From: Isurus oxyrinchus
Lineage: Eukaryota
Length of the DNA stretch: 64,000 nucleotides
Direction of reading: 5' to 3'
NCBI GenBank assembly: GCA_026770705.1
Contig: JANJGN010000150.1
Coordinates: 1,116,001-1,180,000 of the forward strand
The translations under genes and the position numbers were made by a program. Shown piece by piece: positions 10,391 through 23,227 of the stretch. The notes under the pieces are model-generated. The model was not told the DNA's origin, made no database searches, and saw nothing but the letters and a program-made list of their open reading frames with translations. Positions within the stretch are counted from its first letter, which is position 1. Each line of letters begins with the position of its first letter.

Positions 10391-11111
10391 AGCCACTCGT
10401 AGACTCGCTGTAATTCTGTGTAACATCATCTGCTGGTGAGGAACACAGTGCAGTTTGTACAGGTGCTAGTGTTGGAGCTGTATCCAGTCCATGATTCAAA
10501 ACAGACCCTATCCCAATCTGGATGTTACACCTCATCAGTTCACTCTTTTTTTCATTCTTTTCTGGGATGTGGCCATTACTGGCTGGGGCCAGCATTTATC
10601 ACCCGTTCCTAATTGTCCCTTTGGAAGGTGGTGGTGAGCTGACTTCTGGGACTGCTGCACAGCATGTAGTGAAGGTGCACCAAAAGTGCTTCCTGGAGAG
10701 TGTTCTAGGATTTTGACCCAGAAACAATGAAGTAACAGTGAAATCGTTCCAAGTCAGGATGGTGTGTGGCTTGGAGGGGAACTTACAGGTGGTGATGTTC
10801 CCATGTATCTGCTGCCCTTGTCCTTATAGGTTTCAGAGGTCATGCGTTGGAAGGTGCTGTCTTAAGAGCCTTGGTGAGTTGCTGCAGTGCATCTTGTAGA
10901 TGGTATACATTGCTGATAATGTGCGTCATTGGTGGAGGGAGTGAATGTTGAAGATGGTGGTTGGGATGCCGATCAATTGGGCTTTGTCCTGGATGGTGTC
11001 GAGTTTCTTGGGTGTGTTGGAGCAGCACTCATCCTGGCAACTGGAGGGAATTCCATCACACTCCTGACATTAGCTCAGTGTTTAATGTGTTGATAATTTT
11101 GTATTTGAAAG

Positions 11112-11369
11112 ATTCTCCTCACAACACGTCTGTCAGGCTGACACGGGAAAAAGGAAAGATGATTTCTCTAAGTTGTTCCAGTGACGGGAATCCAGCAGTC
11201 CACAATTTCACCTGGTTTAAGATCTCCCAAGGCAAGGTGACAAATCTGGTGCTCACTGGTCAAACTATTACAGTTCCTTATGGATTCGATGAGGAAATCT
11301 CCTACTACTGTGAAGCAACAAGTATCCTGGGCAGTTCCCAGTCTCTGCCCATTAAAATTCCCACTGAAT
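11112..11369 (+). CDS. Gene A repeated C2-set Ig exon A1 (intact)
   Basis: 258 nt, phase 1-1, aaAG| and |GTGAGT. YSPHNTSV...SLSCSSDGNPAVHNFTWFK...YYCEATS. Confidence 0.9.
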
Positions 11370-11784
11370 GTGAGTACTTTTTTTATTCATACATGCGATG
11401 AAGGTGTCACTGGCTAGACCAACATTTATTGCCCATCCCAAATTATACTGGAACAGAGAGGCTTAGTGGGCCATTTCAGAGGATATTGAGGAGTCAACCA
11501 CGTTGCTGTGGATCTGGAGTCACATGTAAGGCCAGACCAGGTAAGGACAGCAGATTTCCCTCCCTAAAGGACATTAGTGAACCAGATGGGGTTTTAACGA
11601 CAATTGGCAATGTTTTCATGGTCAACAATAGACTTTCAATTACAGATTCTCATTGAATTGGTTGGAAAGTGGACATTTGAACACTATGGCCACAATTTGT
11701 CCACAATTATCTGTTGCCAGCCAATCAGCACCCTCTTCTCATGCAGTATAATTTGTTCTCCCTTTGAGATTTGGTAATCTTGCA

Positions 11785-11826
11785 ATTCTGTCCTGATGAG
11801 TGAAAGATGAAAAGCTTTGACAGAAT
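11785..11826 (+). ncRNA. Minimal type I hammerhead ribozyme-like motif, repeated in array introns
   Basis: attctgtc-CTGATGA-gtgaaagat-GAA-AAGCTT-t-gacagaat: 8-bp helix I, both core boxes, palindromic helix III. Well-paired copies at 14570, 16261, 19644, 39196, 42583, 44290, 47690. Activity unknown. Confidence 0.65.
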
Positions 11827-12827
11827 GTCTCCTTTTTCACCAATGCTCAGGTTCTGTCCTGCCAAGTGACTGTAAACATCGTCTTCTGTAAATCAAAATC
11901 CTGAATACACTCGTAAATGACTAACATATCATTCCTGGTACACAAATCAGAGAAAGTTAGAATGCAGGTGCAGCATGTGGTTAGGAAGGCAAATGAAACA
12001 TTGGTGTTTATTGCAAGGGAGATTGAGTGTAAAAGTAGAGACGCATGTTACAACTGTACAGGCTATTGGTGAGACTGCATCACGAGTACTGTGTACAGTC
12101 CTGGCTTCTGACATAGAAAAGATGGGCCGAATGCGCAGCTGTAGACTATCTTTAATTCTGTGTAACATTATCTGCTGGTGGGTAATACAGTGCAGTTTGT
12201 ACGTGTGCTAGTGTTGGAGCTGTATGCAGTCCATGATTATATAAAGAGACTATTGAAATCTAGAGTTTAAACCACATGAGTTTGCCCATATTTAATTCAT
12301 TTGCTGATATGGGCAACATTTATTGCCCATCCCTAATTACCCCTTGAGACATTGTCTTGAACCGCTTCACTACATGTGCTGTAGGTACACCCACAGCAAT
12401 GTTAGGCAGGGAGTTCCAGGATTTTGTCCCAGTGATAGTGAAGGAACAGCAATAGATTTCCAAGTCAAGGTGGTGTGTGGCTTGGAGGAGAACTTGCAGG
12501 TGGTGGTGTTCCCATGAATCTGCTGCCCTTGTCCTTCTAGATGTTAGAGGTCACAGGTTTGGAAGGTGCTGCTTAAGGAGCCTTGGTGAGCAGTTGCAGT
12601 GCATCTTGTAGATGGTACACACTGCTGCTACTGTGCGTCGGTGGTGGAGGGAGTGAATGATGAAGATGGTGGGTGGGATGCCAGTCAAGTGGGCTGCTTT
12701 GTCCTGGATGGTGTCGAGCTTCCTGAGTGTTGTTGGAGCTGCACTCATCCCAGCAACTGGAGAGTGTTCCATCACACTCCTGACTTTAGCTCAGTGGTTA
12801 ATGTGTTGATAATTTTGGATTTGAAAG

Positions 12828-12875
12828 AATCTCCTCACAACACGTCTGTCAGGATGACACTGGAAAAAGGAAAGA
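12828..12875 (+). pseudogene. Gene A pseudo-exon A2 (48-nt remnant after a ~650-bp deletion)
   Basis: Acceptor kept. The exon breaks at ggaaaga and joins downstream intron sequence. Donor lost. Splicing in would create TAA at the junction. Confidence 0.9.
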
Positions 12876-13896
12876 ATATTTGAAGAGCTTTGACAGAATG
12901 TCTCCTTTCTCACCAATGCTCAGGTTCTGTGCTGCCAAGTGACTGTAAACATCGTCTTCTGTAAATCAGAATCCTGAATACTCTCTCCAATGACTAACAC
13001 ATCATTCCTGGTACAAGAATCAGAGAACGTTAGTATGCAGGTGCAGCAAGTGGTTAGGAAGGCAAATGGAATGTTGGTGTTTATTGTAAGGGAGCTTGAG
13101 TGTAAAAGTAGGGACACATGTAACAACTGTACAGGCACTGGGTGAGACTGCATCACGAGTACTGTGTACAGTCTTGGCTTCTGACATAGAAAAGATGTGC
13201 CGAATGTGCAGCTGTAGACTACCTGTAATTCTGTGTAACATTACCTGCTGGTGATGAATACAGTGCAGTTTGTACATGTGCTAGTGTTGGAGCTGTATCC
13301 AGTCCATGATTATATAAAGAGACTGTTCAAATCTAGACTTTAAACCTCATGAGTTTGCCCATATTTAGTTCATTCACAGGATGTGGGAGCTGCTGATATG
13401 GGCGACATTAATTGCCCATCCCTAATTACCCCTTGTCCTGACCTGCTGCAGTCCACATGCTGTACGTATATCCACAGTGCTGTTAGGGAGGGAGTTCCAG
13501 GATTTTGACCCAGCGATAGTGAAGGAACGGCCGATATATTTCCAATTCAAGATGGTGAGAGGCTTGGTGGGGAACTTGCAGGTGGCGTTGTTCCCATTTT
13601 CCTGCTGCCCTTGTTCTTCTAGGTGTTAGGGATTGGAAGGTGCTGTTCAAGGAGCCTAGGTGTGCTGTTACATCTTGTAGACGGTACACACTGCTACCAC
13701 TGTGCATTCATGGTGGAGGGAGTGAATGTTGAAGATGGTGGGTGGGATGCCGTTCAAGTGGGCTGCTTTGTCCTGGATGGTGTCCAGCTTCATGAGTGTT
13801 GCTGGAGCTGCACTCATCCCGGCAAATGGAGAGTGTTCCATCACACTCCTGACTTTAGCTCAGTGGTTAATGTGTTGATAATTTTGTATTTGAAAG

Positions 13897-14154
13897 ATTC
13901 TCCTCACAACACGTCTGTCAGGCTGACACGGGAAAAAGGAAAGGTGATTTCTCTAAGTTGTTCCAGTGACGGGAATCCAGCAGTCCACAATTTCACCTGG
14001 TTTAAGATCTCCCAAGGAAAGGTGACGAAACTGGTGCTCGCTGGTCAAACTATTACAGTTCCTTATGGATTCGATGAGGAAATCTCCTACTACTGTGAAG
14101 CAACAAGTATCCTGGGCAGTTCCCAGTCTCTGCCCATTAGAATTCCCACTGAAT
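13897..14154 (+). CDS. Gene A repeated C2 exon A3 (intact)
   Basis: 258 nt, open frame, canonical splice sites. Confidence 0.9.
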
Positions 14155-15594
14155 GTGAGTACTTTTTTTATTCGTTCATGGGATGAAGATCTCACTGGCT
14201 AGACCAACATTTATTGCCCATCCCAAATTACCCTGGAACTGAATGGCTTGCTGGGCCATTTCAGAGGTCATTGAAGAGTCAACCACATCTCTGTGGGTCT
14301 GGACCTGCATGCAGGCCAGACCAGGTAAGGACGGCAGATTTCCCTCCCTAAAGGACATTAGTGACCCTGATGGGTTTTTAATGACAATCGGTAATGTTTT
14401 CATGGTCATCGTTAGAAATTCAATTCCAGGTCCTAATTGAATTGGTTGGCAAGTGGACATTTGACACTTTATCCACAATTTGCCCTCAATTATCTGCTTT
14501 CCAGGCAATCAGCACCACCTCCTCATGCAATCTCGATTGTTGTTCCCTTTGAGATTTGGTATTCTTGCAATTCTGTCCTGATGAGTGAAAAATGAAAAGC
14601 TTTGACAGAATGTCTCCTTTCTCACCAACGCTCAAATTTTTTACTGCCAAGTGACTATAAATATCTTCTTCTGTAAATTCTCCTGAATGCTCTCCCAATT
14701 GACTAATATATAATTTCTGGTACATGAAACATAGAAGGTTCGTATGCAGGTGCAGCAAGTGTTTAGGAAGGCAAATGGAATGTTGGTGTTTATTGCAAGG
14801 GAGATTAAGTAAAAGTATTAGGGATGTAGGGTGGAGGTGTACAGGTTCTTTTTGAGACTGCATCAGGAGTACTGTGTATAGTCTTGGCTTCTGACATAGA
14901 AAAGATGGGCTGAATGCGCAGTTGTAGACTACCTGTAATACTGTGTAACATTATCTGCTGGTGAGGAATACAGTGCAGTTTGTACTTGTGCTAGTGTTGG
15001 AGCTGTATCCAGTCCATGATTATATAAAGAGACTATTCAAATCTAGATTTTAAACCTCATGAGTTTGCCCATATTTAATTCATTTGATGATATGGGCAAC
15101 ATTTATTAGCCATCCTTAATTACCCCATGAGCCACTGTATTCAACTGCTGCAGTCCATGTGCTGTAGGTACACCCACAGCAATGTTAGGGAGGGAGTTCC
15201 AGGATTTTGACCCAGTGACAGTGAAGGAATGGCGATAGATTTCCAAGTCAGGATGGTGAGTGGCTTGCAGGGGATCTTGCAGGTGGCATTGTTCCTACCT
15301 ATCTGCTCCCCTTGTCCTACTTGATGTTAGGGTTTGGAAGGTGCTGTTCAAGGAGCCTTGGTGAGCTGTTGCAGTGCATCTTGTAGATGGTACACACTGC
15401 TGCCACTGTGCACCAGGGAGTGAATGTTGACTATGGTGGGTGGGGTACCGTTCAAGTGGGATGCTTTGTCCTGGATGGTGTCGAGCTTCCTGAGTGTTGC
15501 TGGAGCCGCACTCATCCCGGCAACTGGAGAGTGTTCCATCACACTCCTGACTTTAGCTCAGTGGTTAATGTGTTGATAATTTTGGATTTGAAAG

Positions 15595-15853
15595 ATTCTC
15601 CTCATAACACGTCTGTCAGGATGACACTGGAAAAAAGGAAAGATGATTTCTCTAAGTTGTTCCAGTGACGGGAATCCACCAATCCACAATTTCACCTGGT
15701 TTAAGAGCTCCCAAGGAAAAGTGATGAATTTGGTGCTCGCTGGTCAAACTATTACAGTTCCTTCTGGATTTGATGAGGAAATCTCCTACTACTGTGAAGC
15801 AACAAGTATCCTGGGCAGCTCCCAGTCTCTGCCCATTAGAACTCCCACAGAAT
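15595..15853 (+). pseudogene. Gene A repeated C2 exon A4 with +1 frameshift
   Basis: 259 nt. A6 instead of A5 run at 15631-15636 gives a stop at 15666-15668. Could be a homopolymer sequencing error. Confidence 0.65.
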
Positions 15854-17293
15854 GTGAGTAATTTTTTTATTCGTTCATGGGATGGAGGTGTCACTGACTA
15901 GACCAACATTTATTGCCCATCCCAAGTTACCCTGGAACAGAGTGGCTTGGTGGGCCATTTCAGAGGGTATTGAAGAATCAACCACATTGCTGGAGTCACA
16001 GGTACGCCAGAGCAGGTAAGGACAGCAGATTTCCCTCCCTAAAGGACATTAGTGACCAAGATGGGGTTTTAACGACAATCAGCACTGTTTTCATGGTCAT
16101 CATTAGACTTTCAATTCCAGATTCTAATTGAATTGGTTGGCAAGTGGACATTTGACCACTTTGGCCACAATTGGTCCACAATTATCTGTTGCCAGCTAAT
16201 CAGCACCCTCTTCTCATGCAGTATCAATTGTTGTTTCCTTTGAGATTTGGTATTCTGGCAATTCTGTCCTGATGAGTGAAAGATGAAAAGCTTTGACAGA
16301 ATGTCTCCTTTCTCACCAATGCTCAGGTTCTGTGCTGCCAAGTGATTGTAAACATCATCTTCTGTAAATCAGAATCCTGAATACTCTCTCCAATGACTAA
16401 CACATCATTCCTGGTACACGAATCAGAGAACGTTAGTATGCAGGTGCAGCAAGTGGTTAGGAAGGCAAATGGAACGTTGCTGTTTATTGTAAGGGAGCTC
16501 GCGTGTAAAAGTAGGGACGCATGTTACAACTGTACAGGCTCTTGGTGAGTCTGCATCACGAGTACTGTGTACAGTCTTTGATTCTGACATAGAAAAGATG
16601 GGCCAAATGTGCAGCTGAAGGCTACCTGTAATACTGGGTAATGTTATCTGCTGGTGAGGAATACAGTGCAGTTTCTACTTGTGCTAGTGTTGGAGCTGTA
16701 TCCAGTCCATGATTATATAAAGAGACTATTCAAATCTCGATTTTACACCTCATGAGTTTGCCCATATTTAATTCATTCACAGGATGTGGGAGCTGCTGAT
16801 ATGGGTAACATTTATTGCCTATCCTTAATTACCCCTTGTCCTGACCTGCTGCAGTCCATGTGCTGTACGTATACCCACAGTGCTGTTAGGGAAGGGGTTC
16901 CAGGATTTTGACCCAGCGATAGTGAAGGAACGGCCGATACATTTCCAATTCAGGATGGTGAGAGGCTTGGCGGGGAACTTGCAGGTGGCATTGTTCCCAT
17001 TTTTCTGCTGCCCTTGTTCTTCTGGTATTAAGGAATGGAAGGTGCTGTTCAAGGAGCCTTGGGGAGCTGTTGCAGTGCATCTTGTAGATGGTACACACTG
17101 GACATTCATGGTGGAGAGAGTGAATGTTGTAGATTGTGGGTGGGATGACGTTCAAGTGGGCTGTTTGTCCTGGATGGTGTCGAGCTTCCTGAGTGTTGCT
17201 GGAGCCGCACTCATCCAGGCAACTGGAGAGTGTTCCATCACACTCCTGACTTTAACTCAGTTATTAATGTGTTGATAATTTTGTATTTGAAAG

Positions 17294-17551
17294 ATTCTCC
17301 TCACAACACGTCTGTCAGGATGACACTGGAAAAAGGAAAGATGATTTCTCTAAGTTGTTCCAGTGAAGGGAATGCAGTAGTCCACAATTTCACCTGGTTT
17401 AAAATCTCACAAAGAAAAGTGACGAATCTGGCACTCGCTGGTCAAACTATTACAGTTCCTTATGGATTTGAAGAGCAAATCTCCTACTACTGTGAAGCAA
17501 CAAGCATCCTGGGCAGTTCCCAGTCTCTGCCCATTAGAATTCCCTCTGAAT
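17294..17551 (+). CDS. Gene A repeated C2 exon A5 (intact)
   Basis: 258 nt, open frame, canonical splice sites. Confidence 0.88.
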
Positions 17552-18975
17552 GTGAGTACTTTTCTTCATTTGTTCATGGGATGGAGGTGTCACTGGCTAG
17601 ACCAACATTTATTGCCCATCCCAAATTACCCTGGAACTGAATGGCTTGCTGGGCCATTACAGAGTGTATTGAAGAGTCAACCACATCTCTGTGGGTCTGG
17701 ACTTGCATGTAGGCCAGACCAGGTAAGGACAGCAAATTTCCCTCCCTAAAGAACATTAGTGACCCAGATAGGTTTTTAACGACAATCGGTAATGTTTTCA
17801 TGGTCATCGTTAGAATGTCAATTCCAGATTCTCATTGAATTGGTTGGCAAGTGGGCATTTGACACTTTATCCACAATTTGTCCACAATTATCTGCTTGCC
17901 AGCTAATCAGCACATTCTCCTCATGCAGTATCAATTGTTGTTCCCTTTCAGATTTGGTATTCTTGCAATTCTGATGAGTGAAAGATGAAAAGCTTTGACA
18001 GAATGTCTCCTTTCTCACCAATGCTCAGGTTCTGTGCTGCCAAGTGACTATAAACATCGTCTTCTGTAAATCAGAATCCTGAATACTCTCTCCAATGACT
18101 AACACATCATTCCTGGTACATGAATCATAGAAAGTTAGTATGCAGGTGCAGCAAGGTGTTAGGAAGGCAAATGGAACGTTGGTGTTTATTGTAAGCAAGC
18201 TTGAGTGTAAAAGTAGGGATGCATGTTACAACTCTATAGGCTCTTGGTGAGACTGCATCAGGAGTACTGTGTACAGTCTTGGCTTCTGACATAGAAAAGA
18301 TGGGCCGAATGCGCAGCTGTAGACTACTTGTAATTCTGTGTAACATTATCTGCAGGTGAGGAATACAGTGCAGTCTGTACATGTGCTAGTGTTGGATCTG
18401 TATCCAGTCCATAATTATATAAAGAGACTATTCAATTCTAGATTTTAAACCACATGAGTTTGCCCATATTAAATTCATTTGCTGATATGGGCAACATTTA
18501 TTGCCCATCCCTAATCACTCCATGTGCTGTAGGTACACCCACAGCAATGTTAGGCAGGGAGTTCCAGGATTATGACCCAGTGACAGTGAAGGAAATGACG
18601 ATAGATTTCCAACTCAGGATGGTGTGTGGATTGGAGGGGAACTTGCAGGTGGTTGTGTTCCCATGAACAGATGCCCTTGTCCTTCTAGATGTTAGAGGTG
18701 ATAGGTTTGGAAGGTGCTTTTCAAGGAGCCTTGGTGAGCTGTTGCAGTGCATCTTGTAGATGGTACACACTGCTGCTACTGTGCATTCAAGGTGGAGGGA
18801 GTGAATGTTGAAGATGGTGGGTGGGATGCCAATCAAGTGGGCTGCTTTGTCCTGGATGGTGTCGAGCTTCATGAGTGTTGTTGGAGCTGCACTCATCCCG
18901 GCAACTGGAGAGTGTTCCATCACACTCCTGACTTTAGCTCATTGGTTAATGTATTGATAATTTTGTATTTGAAAG

Positions 18976-19233
18976 ATTCTCCTCGCAATACGTCTGTCAG
19001 GATGACATGGGAAAAAGGAAAGATGATTTCTCTCAGTTGCTCCAGTGACGGGAATCCAGCAGTCCACAATTTCACCTGGTTTAAGATCTCCCAAGGAAAG
19101 GTCATTAATCTGACACTCACTGGTCAAACTATTATGGTTCCTGATGGAGTCGATGAGGAAATCTCCTACTACTGTGAAGCAACAAGTATCCTGGGCAGTT
19201 CCAAGTCTCTGCCCATTAGAATTCCCACAGAAT
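18976..19233 (+). CDS. Gene A repeated C2 exon A6 (intact)
   Basis: 258 nt, open frame, canonical splice sites. Confidence 0.88.
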
Positions 19234-19705
19234 GTGAGTAATTTTTTTATTTGTTCATGGGATGAAGGTCTCACTGGCGAGACCAACATTTATTGCCCAT
19301 CCCAAATTACCCTGGAACAGAGTAGCTTGCTGTCCATTTCAGAGGGTTTTGAGGAATCAACCTCTTTGCTGTGGGTCTGGAGTCACATGTACACCAGACC
19401 AGGTAAGGATGGCAGATTTCCCCCCCTAAAGGACATTAGTGACCCAGATGGGGTTTTAGCGACAATCAGCAATGTTTCCATGGTCAAAGTTAGACTTTCA
19501 ATTCCAGATTCTAATTGAATTGGTTGGCAAGTGGACATTTGACACTTGGGCCACAATTTGTCCACAATTATCTGCTTGCCAGCCAATCAGCACATTCTTC
19601 TCATGCAGTATTGTTGTTCCCTTTGAGATTTGGTATTCTTGCAATTCTGTCCTGATGAGTGAAAGATGAAAAGCTTTGACAGAATGTCTCCTTTCACACC
19701 AATAC

Positions 19706-20855
19706 TCAGTGCCGGAAAAGGATGAATGATCTCCTCCGTTCCACCAGCGTAAGTCACCCTTTTCATCACTCCTAACTCACACACTCACAAACACATCACA
19801 CACCCACAGGGCCCTCACTCACTGCCAGCGCAAGAGATATCACCATTCACTCTCTCACTCACACCGTCATTGTCCACATCCCATCTGTAGGACCACTCAC
19901 CACCCACACAGGTCAGGCATACTTATCATCTGGCCTGGCAGGCATCCTGATACACTCTCCCCATCTCTATCCATGCAGGACAAACTGGCTCACAACAGGA
20001 GGGGAAGGTCACAGACAGGTGGAGAGATGTCGGAGATCAAAGCTCTGACAGAATTGGAAAACAGAGTCATCCAGCTGGCCGGCAATGACCGGGATCGGTC
20101 CTGTGCTGACAGTGAGTTCAGCGCTGCTTTCCCAAGTGAGGATCCAGAAGTGCAACATCCATCAAACAACCATGCTGTGAGTGATGTGTCCTCTTTCACA
20201 GGCCACTGCCATGCACTAATTAGCTCCCAATGCTTTCACAGACACATCTGGGAAGCAGCAGACAGAGTCCACGACCCAGAACCTCCAAGCAAGCTCCGAA
20301 GAAACCTCTGAAGAGGAATCTGAAGGCACCCTCCCTGAACTCCCCTCACAGCGCTCATCCTCACCCTCCATCAGCGCAGAGACACACACCTCGGTGGGAC
20401 CTAGCTTTAGAGTAGCCTCTGGTGAGCACATCGCACTGTTTGATTCACAGCAGGCTGAGGCAGGGACCTACCAGGTCCCCGGCACTCGGAGGACTGCTGG
20501 AGGCCAGAACGTTGCTGAGTCCGAGTCGGATGATGAGCTTCTGACTCAGTAATGTCACAGTTGCTGGAGCTGCAAAGGCAAGCTGGGGAACATCAGGAAG
20601 GGATGTCCGCTGCACTCCTCAGATTGCAAGGCATGATGGAGGAGTCCGTCTGCCTTCAGGTTGAGGTGATAGTGCCAGCATGGCAACGCACTGAGGTCAA
20701 CACTGGCAGGATGACGGCCGCCATGGAGACCTTGGTCCAGGACGTTGCTCACGTACTGCTACACGGGTTTAACCCCATCTCTAATGTCATAGTTGGCCTC
20801 CTACAGTGTTCAGGTGAGAGGGATGCTGGGCAGCTCAATCTCACTCTACCTACAC
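19706..20855 (+). mobile_element. PIF/Harbinger remnant: spliced Myb/SANT-like accessory protein pseudogene, 5' truncated
   Basis: QCRKRMNDLLRSTS|GTAAGT at ~19706-19748, then AG|DKLAHNRRGRSQTGG...LTELENRV at 19979, as in Harbinger Myb-like proteins. Confidence 0.7.
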
Positions 20856-22000
20856 CCCATCTCTCATCCCCATTGATGTCCTCCTTATCAGAGGAGACCT
20901 CCAGCTCCTCCATCTCCTCCTCAGCCAGCTCCTCTCCCAGTTGCAGCGCCTGGTTGTAAAGGGCGCAGCAGACAATGACGATGTGCGATACCCTCTGCGG
21001 ACTGTATTGCTGGGCTCCACTAGACTGGTCCAGGCACCGCAACCACATCTTCAGCATCCCGGGTCTGTGCTACCAAGTTACGAGTTGCTGCCTGAGCCTC
21101 ATTATAGCGTCGCTCTGCTGCAGTCTGAGGCCTCTGCACGCGTGTCATCAGCCACAACCACTGTAGTCCTTGTCCCCAAGGAGCCAACACTGCAGCCTCT
21201 GTGGACCCTGGAAAACTGCAGGGATCTGAGAGTGACTCAGGATGTAGGCAATGTGCGCACTCCCTGTAAACCGTGTGCATACCACAGAATGTGTTGCTGC
21301 TGGTCACATACCAACTGCATATTCAATGAGTGGAAACCCTTGTGGTTGATGAAGTCCACTGGGTGTAGCGATGGAGACCTGAGCGCCACATGAGTGCAGT
21401 CAATCGTACCCTGCACCTATGGGAATCCCGAGATCAGGGCAAATCGAAAGGCCCTTGCATCCTGGCTGTCCGGGTCCCGGGCGAAATGCATAAAGTTGTT
21501 GCCATTGGAGAAGATGCATCCGGGACCTCATGGATGTATTTGTGGGTGGAGAATTGTGATATCCCACAGAGGTTGCCTGTGGAGCCCTGAAAGGAGACAC
21601 TGGCAGAGAAATTGAGCACCACGGTCACTGTCACAGGCACTGGCAGTGGATGCCCTCTATGTTCCCTTGGATCCAAGTCCTGCAGTAAGTGGCAGATGTG
21701 AGCCAACAGGTCCCTAGACATGCACAGACATCAGTGACTCTGGTTCTCAGTCATCTGCAGGAATGACAGGCGGTGTCTATAGACTCTGGGTGTCGCTAGG
21801 CGCTGACCAGCCACGGCTCACTGTCGCTCCTCGACAGCGTATGCGAGACCTCCACTGCCCCTTCTTCATGAGGTTGCTGTTCCTGCCTTTGTGCGGTCAG
21901 GAGCCTCAGTCACTCTCTCCTCCGTCTTCTAAAGTCTCCGTGGACCATCAGGCACACAGCTAGGTCACCAGGGTCCATCATCCCGACATGGCCCTCCTGC
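20856..22000 (-). mobile_element. PIF/Harbinger DDE transposase pseudogene (HARBI1-like), convergent with the Myb-like ORF
   Basis: Minus-strand motifs VQGTIDCTHVAL (~21415-21380), KGFHSLNMQLVCD, LLGDK, LKMWLRCLDQSSGAQQYSPQRVSHIVIVCCALYN. Frameshifted. Confidence 0.88.
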
Positions 22001-22229
22001 ACCATGAAAAAGAGAGAGAGAGAGACTTGGTTATCGTGGCTGTACTTAGCACCTTTCCTGGCCCTGTGTGACTGCCCCTCAATGCTTCCCGGGAAGTGCT
22101 GGTCACCGCTTGGACGGCCAGAGATGAGTGCGCTGCATGGCTGCCCTCTCAACCCGTGACATGCGGGACACTGGTCCAAACCGAGATGCTGAGAGACCTG
22201 AGAGAGTTTTGTCTGTGGAAGTCAGAGGC

Positions 22230-22607
22230 TTGTAACGTCAAAGCAGCTGTAAGCCTACACCTGTCTGCAAAGGAACCAAAGTGAAAGGAACCTCATTTGG
22301 AATTTGTGAGGTTAAAATGCTTTGCCTGGTGTCTGCTTAAAGTCTATGGGTTGTCTTAGAGGAGATTAGTTTGGGAATTTGATAAAAAGTTTTGATCATT
22401 GTAACTTTTAGCCATGTGTCTATATTTAACTTGTTATAAGTTGGCAAATTTAGTTTGATATAAAAACCTCTAGAGAACCGGTGGTCTTATTCCTGAATTT
22501 TGAGCTGCATCTCAAACATTCCACTGGGAAATATAGGTTTTAACAGTTGTTTAAAGTTCCCCTCTGGGATTTTAAACCACAGCTTTTACCAACTGCTGTA
22601 TTGTAAC
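22230..22607 (+). mobile_element. Possible LTR-like repeat fragment
   Basis: Ends in tgtaaca and loosely resembles ~26270-26640. Family not identified. Confidence 0.3.
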
Positions 22608-23227
22608 ATCTATAAATGTTACATAGATTACATCGATAAATATTATATATAAATATTACAAAGATTACATCGATAAATATTACATATAAATATTAGATAG
22701 GTTATATGGAAATGCAAGAAGTTTATTCATAAATTGCTTAGAAATTCCTGAAACTCTCAACAGCCAATGAAGCAGTTTCGAAGTGAGCTCACTGTTGTAT
22801 TGTTGGAAACGCAGCTACTGATTTGTGCACAGCAAGATTCCAACAATCAGCATTGTGATAATGAACTGATAATCGATAATTTTAGTGAGGTTAGTTGATT
22901 CATACAAAGAGATTACATTTAGGAGGTGGATCACTAATAACCTTTTAGGGAGGGAAACCTGTCTGGGTGTATATGTGACTCCAGTCTCAAACACCAATGT
23001 AATTAACTCTGACCTGCCCTCTGAACTGGTCTCCCAGTTTGGGACAAACCAGTGGTTCAGGAGGAAGACCCCCCACCACCTTCTCAAGGGGAAACTAGGG
23101 ATGGACAATAAATATCAGCATTGCCCGAGAATGAGTATTTAAACATTGAGTGAGTGTATCGCTTCTCGAGATACATCGGAGCATCATTCTAAACCTGTAG
23201 TGCAGTAATTAATGGCTGTTTTTACAG

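Larger units (their letters stand above)
1..11111 (+). repeat. Segmental duplicate, copy 1 (5' half of gene A); paralogous to ~27695-36800
   Basis: Position 1 (gtgtcagtgaatgaata) matches 27695. The ORF track repeats with offset 27694 (449 vs 28143). Exons and repeats are collinear apart from satellite-length differences and indels. Confidence 0.95.
10400..19707 (+). repeat. Gene A tandem array of six ~1.7-kb exon-containing units (one shortened to ~1.07 kb)
   Basis: Exon starts at 11112, 12828, 13897, 15595, 17294, 18976. Each unit holds an antisense LINE tail, the C2 exon, an antisense SINE, a hammerhead-like motif and a CR1 piece. Confidence 0.95.

Noticed and set aside
10961-11111. N-terminal extensions of the Ig-repeat ORFs (e.g. 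...WRVFHHTPDFSSVVNVLIILYLK) as signal peptides of separate small genes
   Set aside because: They are read-through of an antisense LINE tail and the acceptor region, with frames that differ among units.
20749-21960. Functional domesticated HARBI1 gene
   Set aside because: Multiple frameshifts and degenerate motifs, located in an intron next to a Myb-like remnant. It is a dead transposon.
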